Below, piece by piece: positions 14,001-27,612 of a stretch of 64,000 bases of DNA. Origin of the DNA: the human T2T-CHM13v2.0 reference genome, Homo sapiens; assembly GCF_009914755.1 (NCBI RefSeq), contig NC_060938.1; one strand, given 5' to 3'. The stretch's first letter is position 1; every line of letters starts with the position of its first letter. The notes beneath the pieces were generated by a model. It saw nothing but the letters and a program-made list of their open reading frames with translations. It was not told the DNA's origin and searched no databases. The position numbers and the translations under genes were made by a program.

Positions 14001-14309
14001 TTAGAATTCAATGAGAAAATGAGATTTATTTGACAGAAATTCACTTCTAGTCTAATTTGCAAGAATGCAACTGTTATAAAAGTTACAACAACAATATTTG
14101 AAAATATTACTAAAGGTAATCTATCTATAAAGAAAGTGACTTTAGAAAATATTTATTCAAAGAAAAGGAAATTATAAATATCATGTGAGGAACTCAGGCC
14201 ACTGTCAAGGTGAGGAGAGAAAGCCTCATATAGTTACATAAACAAATGTCCTTCGTATTCCTCTTTTTCGTTTTACAAAGATCTTTGCTAGTCATCTACC
14301 TTTTATGAA

Positions 14310-14500
14310 TAAAATTAGTGACAAGAAATGTGCTAAGAAATTTTACATGTATTATTAACACTTTATTCTAGGACTTAGACACTACTGTTATCTCCATTTT
14401 ACAGATAAGGAAACTGAGACGTAAAGAGATTAAATTATTTGGTTAAAGGATCCTTCTAATTGATGTAGAGCTGAAATACCAATTACAAGTCTTTATCAGG
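14310..14500 (-). mobile_element. MIR
   Basis: Core ctccattttacagataaggaaactgag. Confidence 0.8.
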
Positions 14501-14678
14501 ACTGACCCTACATCATCTGTTGTAGAAACGGAAAAGAGTGGATATAGAGAAAATACAAGATTAAGTATTGATAGGATGTATTAACCCTGTAATGAGGCAT
14601 GTGAGAAAGAGTGAACAGACTAGAATAACTCCCAGATCCAGGGGTCTCTGTAACAGGAGAGAGAACACAGAAACATGA

Positions 14679-15037
14679 TGATATGGTTTGGCTGTGTCCC
14701 CACCCAAACCTCATCTTGAATTGAAACTCCCAGAATCCCCAGGAGTTTTGGGAAGGACCCAGCAGAAGGTAATTGAATCATGGGGGCAGGTCTCTCCTGT
14801 GCTCTACTCATGATAGTGAGCAAGTCTCATGATAGCTGATGGGTTTATCAGGGGTTTCTCCTTTTGCTTCTTTCTCATTTTTCTCTTGCCACTGCCAGGT
14901 AAGAAGTGCCTTTTGCCTCCTGCCATGATTCTGAGGCCTCCCTCCCCAGCCATGTGGAACCGTAAGTCCAATTAAACCTCTTTTTGTTCCCAGTTTCTGG
15001 TATGTCTTTATCAGCAGTGTGTAAATGAACTAATACA
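14679..15037 (+). mobile_element. THE1A-like MaLR solo LTR
   Basis: tgatatggtttggctgtgtccccaccc...gaactaataca; ggtttatcaggggtttc and tccaattaaacctctttttgttcccagttt are THE1A-type segments. Confidence 0.9.
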
Positions 15038-15099
15038 GAATAGAAGACTGGGTAAAATGATGAATGAGAATAAAGAGTCTGTGTGACAGCCAAATCACC

Positions 15100-15500
15100 T
15101 GGAACTCATAGGAGAGTCTTGATCTTGAGATACAAAGGTATAAATAAAATGTAGGTTGTAGTTAAAACTGTGAAGATAGGTGGGATTATTTCATGAAAGA
15201 TAAAGGTTAATGTAAACTGAGTAAAGAAGAAAAATCACCAGCAACAATACTGAGAATACATAACCATGGTAACAGGAAAATAATCAGTGTCTTGGAAGTT
15301 ATGCAGTGTAATGCTTACCAGTGTTAAAATCTGTAGAGAGCTTAAGCCAGGAAAGGTTAGGGTTGAAAAGTGGCTATAAGATTTGGACATTAACAGCTGA
15401 CTAGATAATCATTAGGGAACAAAGTGAGTTAGAATAAGATTTTTTGGGGAAAGAAAAATAATCTTAATTGATCAATTTAAAAGAGTGAGAACAGATTCAG
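15100..15500 (-). mobile_element. Degraded L2 fragment
   Basis: Purine-rich caccagcaacaatactgag...aggaaaataatcagtgtcttggaag pattern of antisense L2. Confidence 0.45.
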
Positions 15501-17245
15501 AATATTTGGACAGAGAGATGTAAATGTGAGGTTAATTGACTGATAGAAACTCTTAATATATCATGCATGTAACTTTCAGAGAAAGACCAAGATAGAGGAT
15601 TTGAAATCTCGAACCCCGGGAAATATGTTCACCAAGCTATTAATTTCAATAACTTGAAAGATACTTGCTATGTTTTTATTACTCCTTTTTATTGCTTGTC
15701 ACTATCAATTAGGTGACTTTGGAGGGAAGTGTGTCTCGATAGAAAACGAATTTAAAGTGTTAGAAGTAAAGTTTCTAGAATGGATACAGAAAATAATTCA
15801 GGATGAAAACTAGAAGGAATGTTATCCTAAAAATGTGCATGATAATCCTTAGCAGCATAACAGATGGAAATTTGGGAAAGTATAAAGACAATAGTGACAA
15901 AGAGTGGTATAGATTATTCATCACAAGCCATGGGAAGATTCCAGAATTAAAAACAAACAAACAAAAAAAACTAGCACCTCAAGTTCTGATAGAACAATAA
16001 CAAAGTTTGTAATCATAAGAAAGCTGGAAGAATTATGTCGTGAATCTCAGGAGAAAAGATAACTAGTGGTCTTGGTTCCAAAGAAAGAGGATACAGACAC
16101 CTTCTGGGGGAGGGGCAGGGGTAAAAGTTGGAGGTATGTGCAAACAAAGCCATTCATCAACCCTCTTTTATTTCATTATTAGCTTTTATTTTTATCAGAC
16201 ATGTCTAATATTTCTACAGGTTTATTTTGAAACATAGCACCCAACTGTAACTCTTTCTCAATGACAATTGCTTCTATTTCTTCTAACTGATTATTTTCAG
16301 AATCAACTCAAGTTTCGAGATAATCGCCTCCTATTATTAGTTCTTGTTATTTTAGTGTTGAAATATTATCTTTTGAGTTACAACTATAAAAAATAAGAGC
16401 ATAGGTCTTTTTCCTTTCCTACTTTCTATTCCATTTTTCTTTTGGAGTTTATTTTGCTTTCTTGTTTGTGTATGTCTAATTTAATCCTAAACTTCTGCCT
16501 ACTCTTATGTTATTTCTCAAGGCATTCTGGTGCATCAGATATTCTACCAATCCCATCTTTATGAAAAGTGTTTTTAGGATTCTCTCACTTATTGCAATCT
16601 AGGTGGTCTGCTGCCTGTACCTGAGCACAGCTATCACACTGGAATCTCTCCTCTGCATCATCCTGACCATCTTTTAATCCCTCTCCTGTCTTGTCTTTCA
16701 CTCATTCATCCATTATTTATTTTATCTAGTCATATTTATTGTCTTTTGTGTATGTCAGTGCCATTCCTGATGCTAGCTATTAATATATTATCAGAGGAAG
16801 AAAAAGAAACAGCTAAACTCATCAATCTCATTGGCCTTAAATTCTTTCGATAGTTAAACAAATAGCTTCAATAATCTTTTCTACTTCTACATAGATTACT
16901 GATATCAAGTACAAGAAAAACCAAGGAAAATTCATAATCCTGGAATATTGTGGAAAATTAAGTGTTTTACTTTCCTCTTGTCTTATTATCCACTTTCTAA
17001 AATCAATTTAGTAATCCAATCAACTTTCTTTGCTTCCATTAGTCCGTTCTATATTTTGCCACACTGTCTAAATAGTGTTTGAAATGCATTCAAAGGAGAA
17101 ACTTTTAGAAACTTTGGAACCTACTTAGTAAGATTCTGCTACAAAAACATTAATGAACTTTTCTGTTTCTTATACAGAGGGAGTTTTGTGAACTTTGAGG
17201 ACTGTAGAGATGATAATGTTTAATGTTGATGATAATGTTTAAATA

Positions 17246-17248
<3 letters not shown>

Positions 17249-17287
<39 letters not shown>
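17249..17287. repeat. (AT)~19 microsatellite
   Basis: Perfect dinucleotide run. Confidence 0.95.
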
Positions 17288-17290
<3 letters not shown>

Positions 17291-17499
17291 TGTATATAAT
17301 ACACACACTGAAGTAAAAAAAAGTTTACTAATAAGATAAATAGAAAAACCAAAGCCCACAAAAGAGTAAAGTTGCATTAATACTGTATTATTTTTCAATT
17401 TTCTTGAAATCAAAATAAAACTCCAAAAGTTAGATACAAATTTGGCTGTAAAAGAATGGCAATATATTTAGTTTTTTAAAATAAGTGTTCTGAAACATA

Positions 17500-18480
17500 A
17501 TTTTATCATATGATTCTTTTCTTTCCCATACAATTATCTTTATGAGAAAGGTATTTTTAAGACTGGGTGCCTATTAAAATCTCTTTATTTTTCAAACACA
17601 ATTATTAAGTTAGGTCACTATAGAGTTTCAGGTAGGGAATATTTTCTTTCAGAAATTATGTCCAGTGTTGTAAAGGAGCATTGCCATTTGATCCTGATCT
17701 TCTTTTGACTTATTTTCCCTCCTTGGATCCTTTAAGAACTGTTCTTTGTCAGCAGTTTTCAGAAATCACAGAATGATGTGCCTTACTGTGGGTCTTTCTA
17801 CGTTTAATGTGGAACTTATGCCCAAGAGTTCTGGAAAAATTTTCTTCTCAAATCTTAATGTTGTCCTTTTTTTTTCTTTGTTATTTGGAAGTTCAGCTAT
17901 TTGGATGTAGGGCCTTATAATAAGGACATCTAATTTTTTGCTCTTTCCTCATTTACTATTCATCTGCTTGTTTCTTTGCCATAATGTCTGGGAAATATCC
18001 TTAGCATTTTCTTTCAACACTTACTGAGTTTTCAGCCATATCATCAAAATGTTAATGTATAAAAATACCTTTTAAAACTTTTGAATATTTCTTTGACAAG
18101 GAATCTCATTCTTGTTTCATGGTTGCTGTCTGTTCTCTTATGTATTCATGGTAGATTTTATTTGTGTGTGTGTGTGTTTTTTTTTTTTTTCCTTTTCTCA
18201 ATAGGTAGTGGCTGTTTTTCTCAAATTTTTCCTTTCTTTCTTTCTGTCTTTGTTTTTTGGTTTTAGTTGGAATTTTTCATATTAGTAGCTTTCTAATCTT
18301 TCTAGTCTTCTTTTGTTTTCTGTTTACATTTAAAACTGCAGGACTCAAGTTTGTCAAAAGCACTGAGCTGAGCATGTCACTGAGCTGAGCATGTATGTGG
18401 AAAGTGCAGAAAATGCCCTTCACTGTGGATGAACTAACTGAATGTTTTAGTTGAGGTTGTTTCATCGAAGGCTTTTTCTT
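17500..18480 (-). mobile_element. Old L1M/HAL1-like fragment
   Basis: T-rich antisense sequence with gttttcagaaatcacagaatgatgtgccttactgtgggtcttt motif typical of HAL1/L1ME ORF1 region. Confidence 0.5.
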
Positions 18481-18557
18481 TTGTTTTCTTTTTTTCTTCC
18501 TTTTCTTTTACTTCTTCTTATTCTTTGTCTCTTCCCTTAGGCTACTAAGATTTCTGA

Positions 18558-18864
<307 letters not shown>

Positions 18865-20209
18865 AGAAGACTCTTTAAATATGTTTACTGGACAGTGCAA
18901 ATTTAGCTTGAGTGTTTTGGTAACCTAAGAAACCCAGAGAAGGAAGAGCACTGAGTATATCTCATATGTATTCATTTATATGTCTATATGCCCACACAGT
19001 TATTTTGTCTAAAGTAACTTGCTGAGTTTGCCTGTAAGAAAAATCTATGATTACTTTTTATTAACTTGTTAATCCATAGAATAAGCCTGTAATTAAAAAA
19101 AATAAATAAATCAGGAACAAGAAATCACCTATTGAGCAAAACTGATGAAGGGATTTGAATACTGGAGAAATTCTTGAAAAGGTTTTCATCTGGTCCTCTT
19201 TAGTTTGGCCTGAGGAGGCTAGGATGGTCTAGGATTGCCTAGTTATTTTCGTGATTCACAGAAAAAAGAAATTTTGTTCTGAGTTGTCTGTTTGTGGACT
19301 TATGATTAAGATCTATTGGCTCTGTTAGCCATTTTTACTCATCTAAATGCTTTCCAGCTTTCACAATTGTGATCATTTTGTCTTTTTCTTTTAACTTTTG
19401 TGGGTTAATTAATTAAAAAGTCATATTGCTGTTCGTTTGATCGGAGTTCAGTAGATAATAAAATAGATGTGTGTACTCAGTCAACCATTCGTACTTTACT
19501 TTCTACTCTCCTACTTTTTAAAAAGTATCTTGGGGAGAATTAAACTAACACCATTATAATGTGTGGCATGAGGTTAATGCTAAATGCACATTTGCTACAT
19601 TAGCTAATTCATACAAAATAAATGAATAAAGAAAACTTGACTACTTTCTAGTGATATTGATTAGCAAATTAGTCAATGGAATAGTAACTGCAAGTATTTA
19701 GGAACATATGTGGAATATTCACCATTTCCAATTGAAAGTTAAAATTTGAAAGAACACATATTTATGAGAAGTGAACAGATGGCTGTGGAAAAGTTAAAAA
19801 TAGGATTTTAAAATTCTCATTGCCAAAGACATTAGATCTTGCAGTACTCAGAATAATGCAGTCAACAAAACATTCTTATATGAGCAAAATAATTTTAAAC
19901 TGAATTATCAGAGACAGGAATTCTCAAACAAAACACAGACTAGATTTTGTAAAAGAAAGAGGTATGTCATGTAAAGATTTATTGTGGAAAGAATGCACTC
20001 AAAGTGCATATAGAGATATAGAGATGTTGATATATAGAACTTTAGTCACTATATACCAAAATTATGCAAATGAACTAAGGACCTGGTATTTTTACAAAAA
20101 TAGATATTTTCTCATTATTATCACTGGAAATTCAATGGGATAGTACTTATAATTGGAATATGGCTGTTGCTTTTGAGTAACAATTCTAGTCAAAGGGGTT
20201 GGATGTAAG

Positions 20210-20596
20210 TATATAGGTGCAAAATAATCCACAAACCAGGCAGAGACAATGTTGCTCATCAAATACCCCGTTTGTATTTCAAGTCTTGCAATTAGGCAGG
20301 GGTATGTGCCTGGTTCTGGGCTATGGACCATGGGCAGAGTGATGTGTAGCACTTCTGAGACAGAGCATAGAAGAGATCCACATGATTTTCTAGCTGGCAC
20401 ACAGTGAATTGTGACATTCCAGGTAATACAGTTTCTATCCGCATAGGTCTTTGGAAACTAGGTAGAACAGAAGGCTCTTACCACTACCAAGCCTAGATGA
20501 ATATATATCATGAGCAGTATATTGTTGCTTTTAAGCAATTTAGATATTATGGCTAATTTATTGCTGTAGCATAACCACCCAATCAAGATAAATACC
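20210..20596 (+). mobile_element. MLT1 (H/I/J-like) MaLR LTR
   Basis: aattaggcaggggtatgtgcctggttctgg...gtgatgtgtagcacttc and terminal ttgttgcttttaagcaatttagat...gctgtagcataacc...aaatac. Confidence 0.65.
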
Positions 20597-20927
20597 TAAG
20601 TGAACTTAGTGATGATTATTAGGATGACAGTAAACACCATCTAGCTAAATTGTGTCAGTAAAAGAACATATACATGTGAAATGAAAAAATCTAATCCATG
20701 CTTTGCCTGGAAATTTTATCAAATTAAAACAGAAAGAATTGATCTTTTTTAGTACATCTCTTGATGAAAAGTCAAAAGTTTATAGATCTAATCTGGCTTA
20801 TTCCTGAAAAATTACTAAAAGATATTAAAAGGTAGCTTGTAAAAAATTACTAAATGATATAAAGAGATCATGATTAACAATAGACAAATAGGATATTAAT
20901 CTCCACCATCAGATATGTGGACTTCAG

Positions 20928-21284
20928 TGTCACCAGTGGAGGGTGTGCAGGTTCTTGGCATCATGAACAAGAATTGGACAAAATGCGCAAGCAAAGCAAG
21001 GAAGGGATGAAGAGATTTATTGAAAATGAAAGTACACTCCACATTGTGGGAGGAGGCCTGAGCATAGGGGCTCAAGGGCCCAGTTACAGAATTTTGGGGA
21101 GTTTAAATACCCTCTTGGGGATTCCATTGGTTACTTGCGGTATGCCCTATGTAAATGAAGAGGATGAAGTAAAGTTACAAAGTCATTTACTCGGCGTACG
21201 CCTTGTGGAGAGGATATTTCTTGACATAGCTAAATTATTTATGGACCTTAAGTTCCTTGCCTCCAGACCCTATTTTCCTGCCCA
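20928..21284 (-). mobile_element. MER61 3' LTR
   Basis: Reverse complement begins TG.GCAGGAAAATAGGGTCTGGAGGCA, has CCAAT, TATTTAAA, AATAAA, ends TGACA. Confidence 0.9.
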
Positions 21285-22139
21285 TTCCCCACTGAGAGAT
21301 GTCATTCCCATAAATCTTTATGGGAGGCAGAGGAACCGATAGTCTTTTTTCTGTAACTGCTTCATGCTGGCTTCGGGCGTAGTCTCTTCCTATTAGGGAT
21401 CACGAAACTCTCACCCTGCTCTGTCTGGTGGAGGCGGGTTAGCTTCTTGATGGCCAGGGGTGGTGTCTTCATCTGGAACTGGCTGGAACCTTTGTTGCAT
21501 GGTCATCTGAATGTCGATGGTCTCTGGGCAAGAGGAAATAAATTTGGTTAAAAGATATAATGGGAACTTCAGCGGGTAGATACCTATGCTGTCAGGAATG
21601 TTCATTATGGAGATTTGCAGGAGAAAAAACAAAAGCTGATCCGTTCTAAGACCTATGTGTTTCCTTAAAGTCTTAGTGCAAACGACTCCATTTTGGTTTG
21701 GTTTGGTCTGTTGGGACCTAGTACATGAGCTTAGTCCAAAACAATGGCCTCCCAGAATTTTGTTAAAAAAATTCCCCCTTTTTGGTCAGGTTCTCATTAA
21801 GGTGAGAGTGTGACCAAAGCTTAGAGCCTTAGCACCACTCAGTTATCATCATTTTGGGTTTCCAGTTTTAGTACATCATTTATAGGTTATGGTGTCCTTA
21901 TGGTGCACATTTCTTTCAGCTCATTATTCCAGTTGAAGAGAGACCATATGACATTCTAGAGATGGTTGTATGCAAGCATTTAAAACCTTTGAGAGAATAC
22001 AGCACACCAGGGAGACTATTATTATGACTATTGGAAGGATAATACCAAGAGTTTGGAGTGTGCCTCTTACACAAGGTCCCCATAAGCCAAACCTCCTAAA
22101 GTCAAATAGATCAAAGAATAAGTTAGATAAAGAGTCTAC

Positions 22140-22406
22140 TCACTTAAGTAAGCAGTCTCGTTGTTGATCCCCTCCCACTGAATTTCTATAATCTTCATTT
22201 GATGTATTTTTCCATAGGCCACAAGTGCCAGCAGCTGCACAGATACTTCTTTGTTCAGTCAATTCTATCATAACTTTCACAAGAGAATTTAAAATCTGTT
22301 GTGTAACTGTAGCCTTTACAGCAGAATTTTCTACAGAGCCTATCATGGGGGATACATTTCTATTCATTGCTTCTTTACTCTGAACCATGGAAAAAGGACT
22401 TGACAA
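22140..22406 (-). pseudogene. Degenerate retroviral env transmembrane-subunit remnant
   Basis: ORF reads TQQILNSLVKVMIELTEQRSICAAAGTCGLWKNTS, a collapsed version of the gamma-type TM heptad / immunosuppressive domain / CX6CC region (SLAKVVLDNRIALDYLLAEQGGVCAxxxxxCCxWINTS); expected position upstream of the 3' LTR. Confidence 0.7.
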
Positions 22407-23883
22407 ATGATGCTCTTCTAAAAGAGTGAAGGCCTCCTGGCAATGTTTTCTTTAACCCATGGTGTGGGTTAAGAGGAGTGAACCAACGTTTTGTTTTTCA
22501 CTGATTATGAGTCAATGTATGTACCATTAAAGTTTCTTACCTACATTGGGCCTTCGTCTTTTATCTATCAAAGTGTAAGCTTATCCATGTATAAGGCTGG
22601 CTGCAAAGTTCTTCACAAATAAGAGTACACCCCATAAGTGCACGTAACAGACCTCTTTTCCACTTCTCTTTGTCCTAGAGGCATAAGCAAGATACAATAT
22701 TCAAAGATAAGAGTTTCATGATAATAGAAATCTTTATCTGTGAACTTGGGAAAAGCTGTTCACATCAAGGATGCCATCTTCTTCTTGGGAGAATTTTCCC
22801 TAGTTAGTTTTACTCTAAGGGTTCCAATGGGTGTACAGTTCCAAGAGTGTGGAGGGACGCTTCTCAGTTGTGAGATTATGAACCCAAAGTTCAAGGTCCT
22901 GAAGTTTTGTTGTAGTGTGGATGGCAAAAACAGTCTTTCTCTGATGTTCTCACAAGATTCAAAATGTAAAAAGCTTATTTATCTGTTGAAAATACACTGT
23001 AGCATAATAATCTACTGTTATAACATCAGCCCTCTTGCATGGGAAAGCTTTTATACAACCAGAATACATGCACTGAAAATGGCAATTGAATGAAATCCCT
23101 TTACAAAATGTTTAAATGGCCCTCCAGGTGACCAAATGTACCTGAAGCTTTAATTGTTTTCCCAGGACTATGGGATTAAACATTGGTTATAAACTATATT
23201 AGTAATTTGTAAGTCATCACACCAGTGTATTCAATTTGGATTATTTTATCTTTTCCATGATGAGTCATGAAATGCAAAACTTTTAATAATAAAACCTTTA
23301 AGTCTCAGGAAAGAAAAAGTGGCCATCCTGGTTCTCCATGAGTCCATGTTTAATCAACATTACACTTATATCCTCTTGAATACCACTTGTTTTTTCAAAT
23401 TAGGTGCATAGCACTGATAACTGATGAGTTATCTGACTAAGTATTTTCTTGGTATTTAATGAATTTTTGTTCTACTTGTGTTAGTAGAACTTTACTTTAT
23501 ACAAGTAAAGTCAGTTATTTCTGGAGTTTACAATAACAACATAATAACCATAATTATAATTGGTAGCATATACTTAAACATTCAAATTTTTAAAATCCCA
23601 TATGATTTTTGAACATATATTAGTGTTATTCACAAAAATATAACCTAAAGATTGAACATCATTTTGGCAATCCCACATACCTAAATATGTCAAATAATTC
23701 TGTTTACCCCTTTTCTGGATGGTTTCAGGGACACTCTGATGTACCCAAAAAGCCAGGCATTAGGAAAGACAATTTTTAAACTAAAGTTTGATTTTGGAAA
23801 TCCAGATTACCATAAATTATTTATTTTGTCAAAATAATGAGTAAGAAATTTTAAAGAAGCAAAAACATTCTATAACCTTTTGC

Positions 23884-23886
<3 letters not shown>

Positions 23887-23943
<57 letters not shown>
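23887..23943. repeat. (AC)~28 microsatellite
   Basis: Perfect run inside the provirus. Confidence 0.95.
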
Positions 23944-23944
<1 letters not shown>

Positions 23945-25855
23945 TCTACTGTTCTTACATACCTTACATGTAAAACTATTTCTAGTAGCCTTAATTGCAT
24001 GTTATAATGGTGGTCTTAGCAATTTTAATTTTAACGTAAAACCTGGTACGTTATGTTCTGATAAGATTTGACTATTTCTAGCATAGCTAGGATTGTGGCC
24101 ATCTCCATATGTCCCCAGGCCTTACTTAGCTGGAAAGTAGGCAAGTTAAATAATTTTCAAAAGCCAAGGAAGCAGTTTATGATCTTAAAACAATTAGAAA
24201 ACCTAATATTTGAACACAATTTAGACCACATGTTTATATTTTGAAGACAATTGTATTTTACCAATAACCTTTAAAACTGTTTATTTCCCAAAGATTACTA
24301 AAGTCATGTGAACTAAAAGACATTACACTTTTTACTTTTCTGACAAAATATTTCATTTAAGCTTTCATTATTATTAAATTAATTAATTTAAAACTTTACA
24401 AAAGAGATAAACATTGACTTTTTCTTTTCATTTAATCAGTTTGCATAGAGAGAAAGAGGACAGAGACTGACTCATAAGAAATTCTTACCGTTTTGCCAGC
24501 ATGCTAGTTTTCTGGGTTCTCTCTCCCTGAGTAGCCCTAATGACCCTGCTTGACTGTATGCAAACAAACACATTGTCATAAATTAAGAATATTCACAAAT
24601 AGTTTACAAATTTTGGAGAAATTAGGCAGAGACAGAAATATGACACAAATTCTCTTTACGAGAGTATACTCAACACACTTAAAGTATCACAAAGCCTAAA
24701 ATCCAAAAAGTTAGTTTAAGGATAGAAAGCTGATATACTTCATTAATTCCTCCTGGCCCAACAAAGGTAGCTTAGGAATTCTAGATAAATGGGATGAATG
24801 CTTACTTGTCAGAAATGCATAGGATACAAAATAACTATTCACAGAACCAAATAAAAGTCTTCCACTAGGAACTAGAAAATATCATGATTTTATATATACA
24901 CATACACAAGCAAAGCCAGAAGAGAATAAACAACAAACATATGAAAACTTGAAGCAAACACAAAAAAACAAATAAATAGAAAGTCAACACTAAATTTTCC
25001 TACTCAATTTACCCTGGAGGCTACAGTGTTACCTAGGACCCAAAAAACCCACATAATGAATATTTTGTTCCTGTTACACAATTAATAGCCTTAAGTTCAC
25101 CAATATCATCATGCATCCTGTGCAATCAAGAAATTCACTTTAGGCAAATGATCAATAAGAACTCTAGCACTGTCCATGCAAAACAGTAAACATAGTGTGC
25201 AGCAGTGCAAGCATGTATATGAAATTTTGCTCCACACTAAATCCAGCTTCGTTCTTAATTATATTTAAAAAAAAAGAATTGCCAAACTGCTGATGCATTT
25301 CTTTACAATACTTTTTTTTATTTTACTTTAATCAAGAGTAAGGGCTTTAACTATGAAAATGTTAATTAGCCAAATGTCCCCAATTCTGATTCAGGTTTTA
25401 AAGAATATCTTATTATTTAAACTCTTTCCACATATTTCTTCCCTACTTAATGATTCCTTACCACATTGTTTCATAAATAACCTTTTCAAACTTGTAATTT
25501 GAATTAACTTTTAGATAACTTCACAATTAGACAAAATTATTCTTTTTTTTCACTAATATCATAACCCTTTCTGGCATATTTTGTATACAGAATTATGTGT
25601 TAACTAGAATTTTTATTCTTAGAAACATAAAACTGTAGTGAAACCCTAAAAAGCAAGAAATGCTCAACTATCAGATATAGGCATTTATAGATAAGAACAA
25701 TTCCACAATTTTAGAAAAATATTTCCCCATATCACAACCGTTTCTTAACTGGAAATGACCCAGTTGTTAAATGAGCATCAAAAATAACTTTAAGATTTTA
25801 ATTTACACAAAAAGTTTACTGATAACATTTATACTCATTTCTTTCACTTTTAATA

Positions 25856-26156
25856 AGGGAGACATGAGACATCAATTAACATATAAAATGAACATTGGTT
25901 TAGTCTGAAAAGGCAGGACAGCTTGAAGTCGGGAGGAAGGTTGGGGCTTCCAGGTCACAGGTAGGTGTGAGACAGTTGCATTCTTTTGATTTACTGATTA
26001 GCCTTTCCAAAGGTAATAATTAGATATCCATTCATCTCAGTGAGCAGAGGAGCAGCTTTGAATAGAATGGGAGGCAGGTTTGTCCCCAGCATTCCCAGCT
26101 TGAATTTTCCCTTCACCTTAGTGATTTTCAGGGGCCAAAAATATTTTCACTTCATA
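25856..26156 (-). mobile_element. MER4A-like LTR, 5' ~300 bp only
   Basis: Reverse complement resembles MER4A: gaaaatatttttggcccctgaaaatcactaagg...caagctgggaatgct...aaacctgcctcccattctattcaaag...gatgtctcatgtctccct. Confidence 0.8.
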
Positions 26157-27044
26157 AATTCTATAGTTTCATTATTTGTCAAAAGAAAGCATGCAAACCA
26201 AGATTATTTTGTCTTGGCTGGGTTTGTAGTTTTCTAACCTTCCATGCCAAACACTGACATCTCAAAATATTTAGCAAAGACAAACATAAAATCCAGACAA
26301 AATGTATGTTGACAATTCTGAAGACATTTCTATTTTTATTCCACCAATAATTTTAAAGCTAGCTTGTTTAGTAAAGTTTTACTTAACTCACGTGAACTTG
26401 AAAATTGCTTAGACTTATTTACTTAATTTATGAGTGTTCTTTAATTTATAAGCCAATGTGGTAGATACAACATATAACAATAAGTGTACATACAAATAAA
26501 TGCATCTGGAAATGTATACACCCATAAACAAAGATCCAATCACTTGGAACCTTAGCCATGAGATAGCAATACAAGCTTGTCAGTTTCACTTTTTTTGCCG
26601 GAGTAGATAATCCAATGAAGGCTGTGAAACAAAATTTTGGGTAAAGCAGTCTCCATGGCAGTTTGATTTTTAAAGACCAAACCTCCCCAGACTCCAATAA
26701 GCACTGGAGCCAAACAGCACCAAAGGAGAGTGTCACATGTTAACTGGGCTCCCTGCTGAGAACCACAGCACAAAAGCCTGGATACATGCAATGCCATTCC
26801 ACTTTCCCATTAGTCCATAAATTCCAGATCCCAAACAATGTTGGGGCCAAACAGTATTGCAACTCCAAGAGAAAATTCTAAGGAGGGCCTAATACAAGAC
26901 CTCAGAACTTGTGCCAAGAGTGTCCTCTTTGGAGAGGTTGAGGTCTGGCAGATCCCTCAGAGCGTTGTTAAATACGGTGAGTTCTAAGTTTCTCTTCAAA
27001 GAATCAGTATGTCAGTATGTTCAGTTCTTTGTTCTCCATTTTAA

Positions 27045-27477
<433 letters not shown>

Positions 27478-27514
27478 GCCCCACCAGTTCTAGTCAGTAA
27501 TTCACATCTCTTCA

Positions 27515-27612
27515 CCTGGTCACCTGCTCTGTCCTGAGTCACTCCTGGTTACCTGCTCTGTCCTGAGTCACCCGGTCACCTGCTCTGACCTAACTCACCT
27601 TTAGTCACCTGT
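27515..27612 (+). promoter_or_regulatory. LTR10 tandem repeat with AP-1 motifs
   Basis: TGAGTCA at 27535-27541 and 27564-27570; degenerate TAACTCA 27591-27597 and TTAGTCA 27601-27607. Confidence 0.6.

Noticed and set aside
13780-14060. Unique, balanced-composition stretch that looks like a conserved non-coding element
   Set aside because: Conservation cannot be judged from one sequence; same applies to ~61900-62250.
21040-21080. p53 response element in MER61 LTRs
   Set aside because: Some MER61 subfamilies carry one, but I see no intact RRRCWWGYYY pair in either LTR.
20917-21342. 141-aa ORF
   Set aside because: Antisense read-through of the MER61 LTR with a non-ATG start; the frame is not kept in the sister LTR.
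27515-27612. CRISPR-like array
   Set aside because: Head-to-tail tandem units without unique spacers, inside an LTR; no cas genes.
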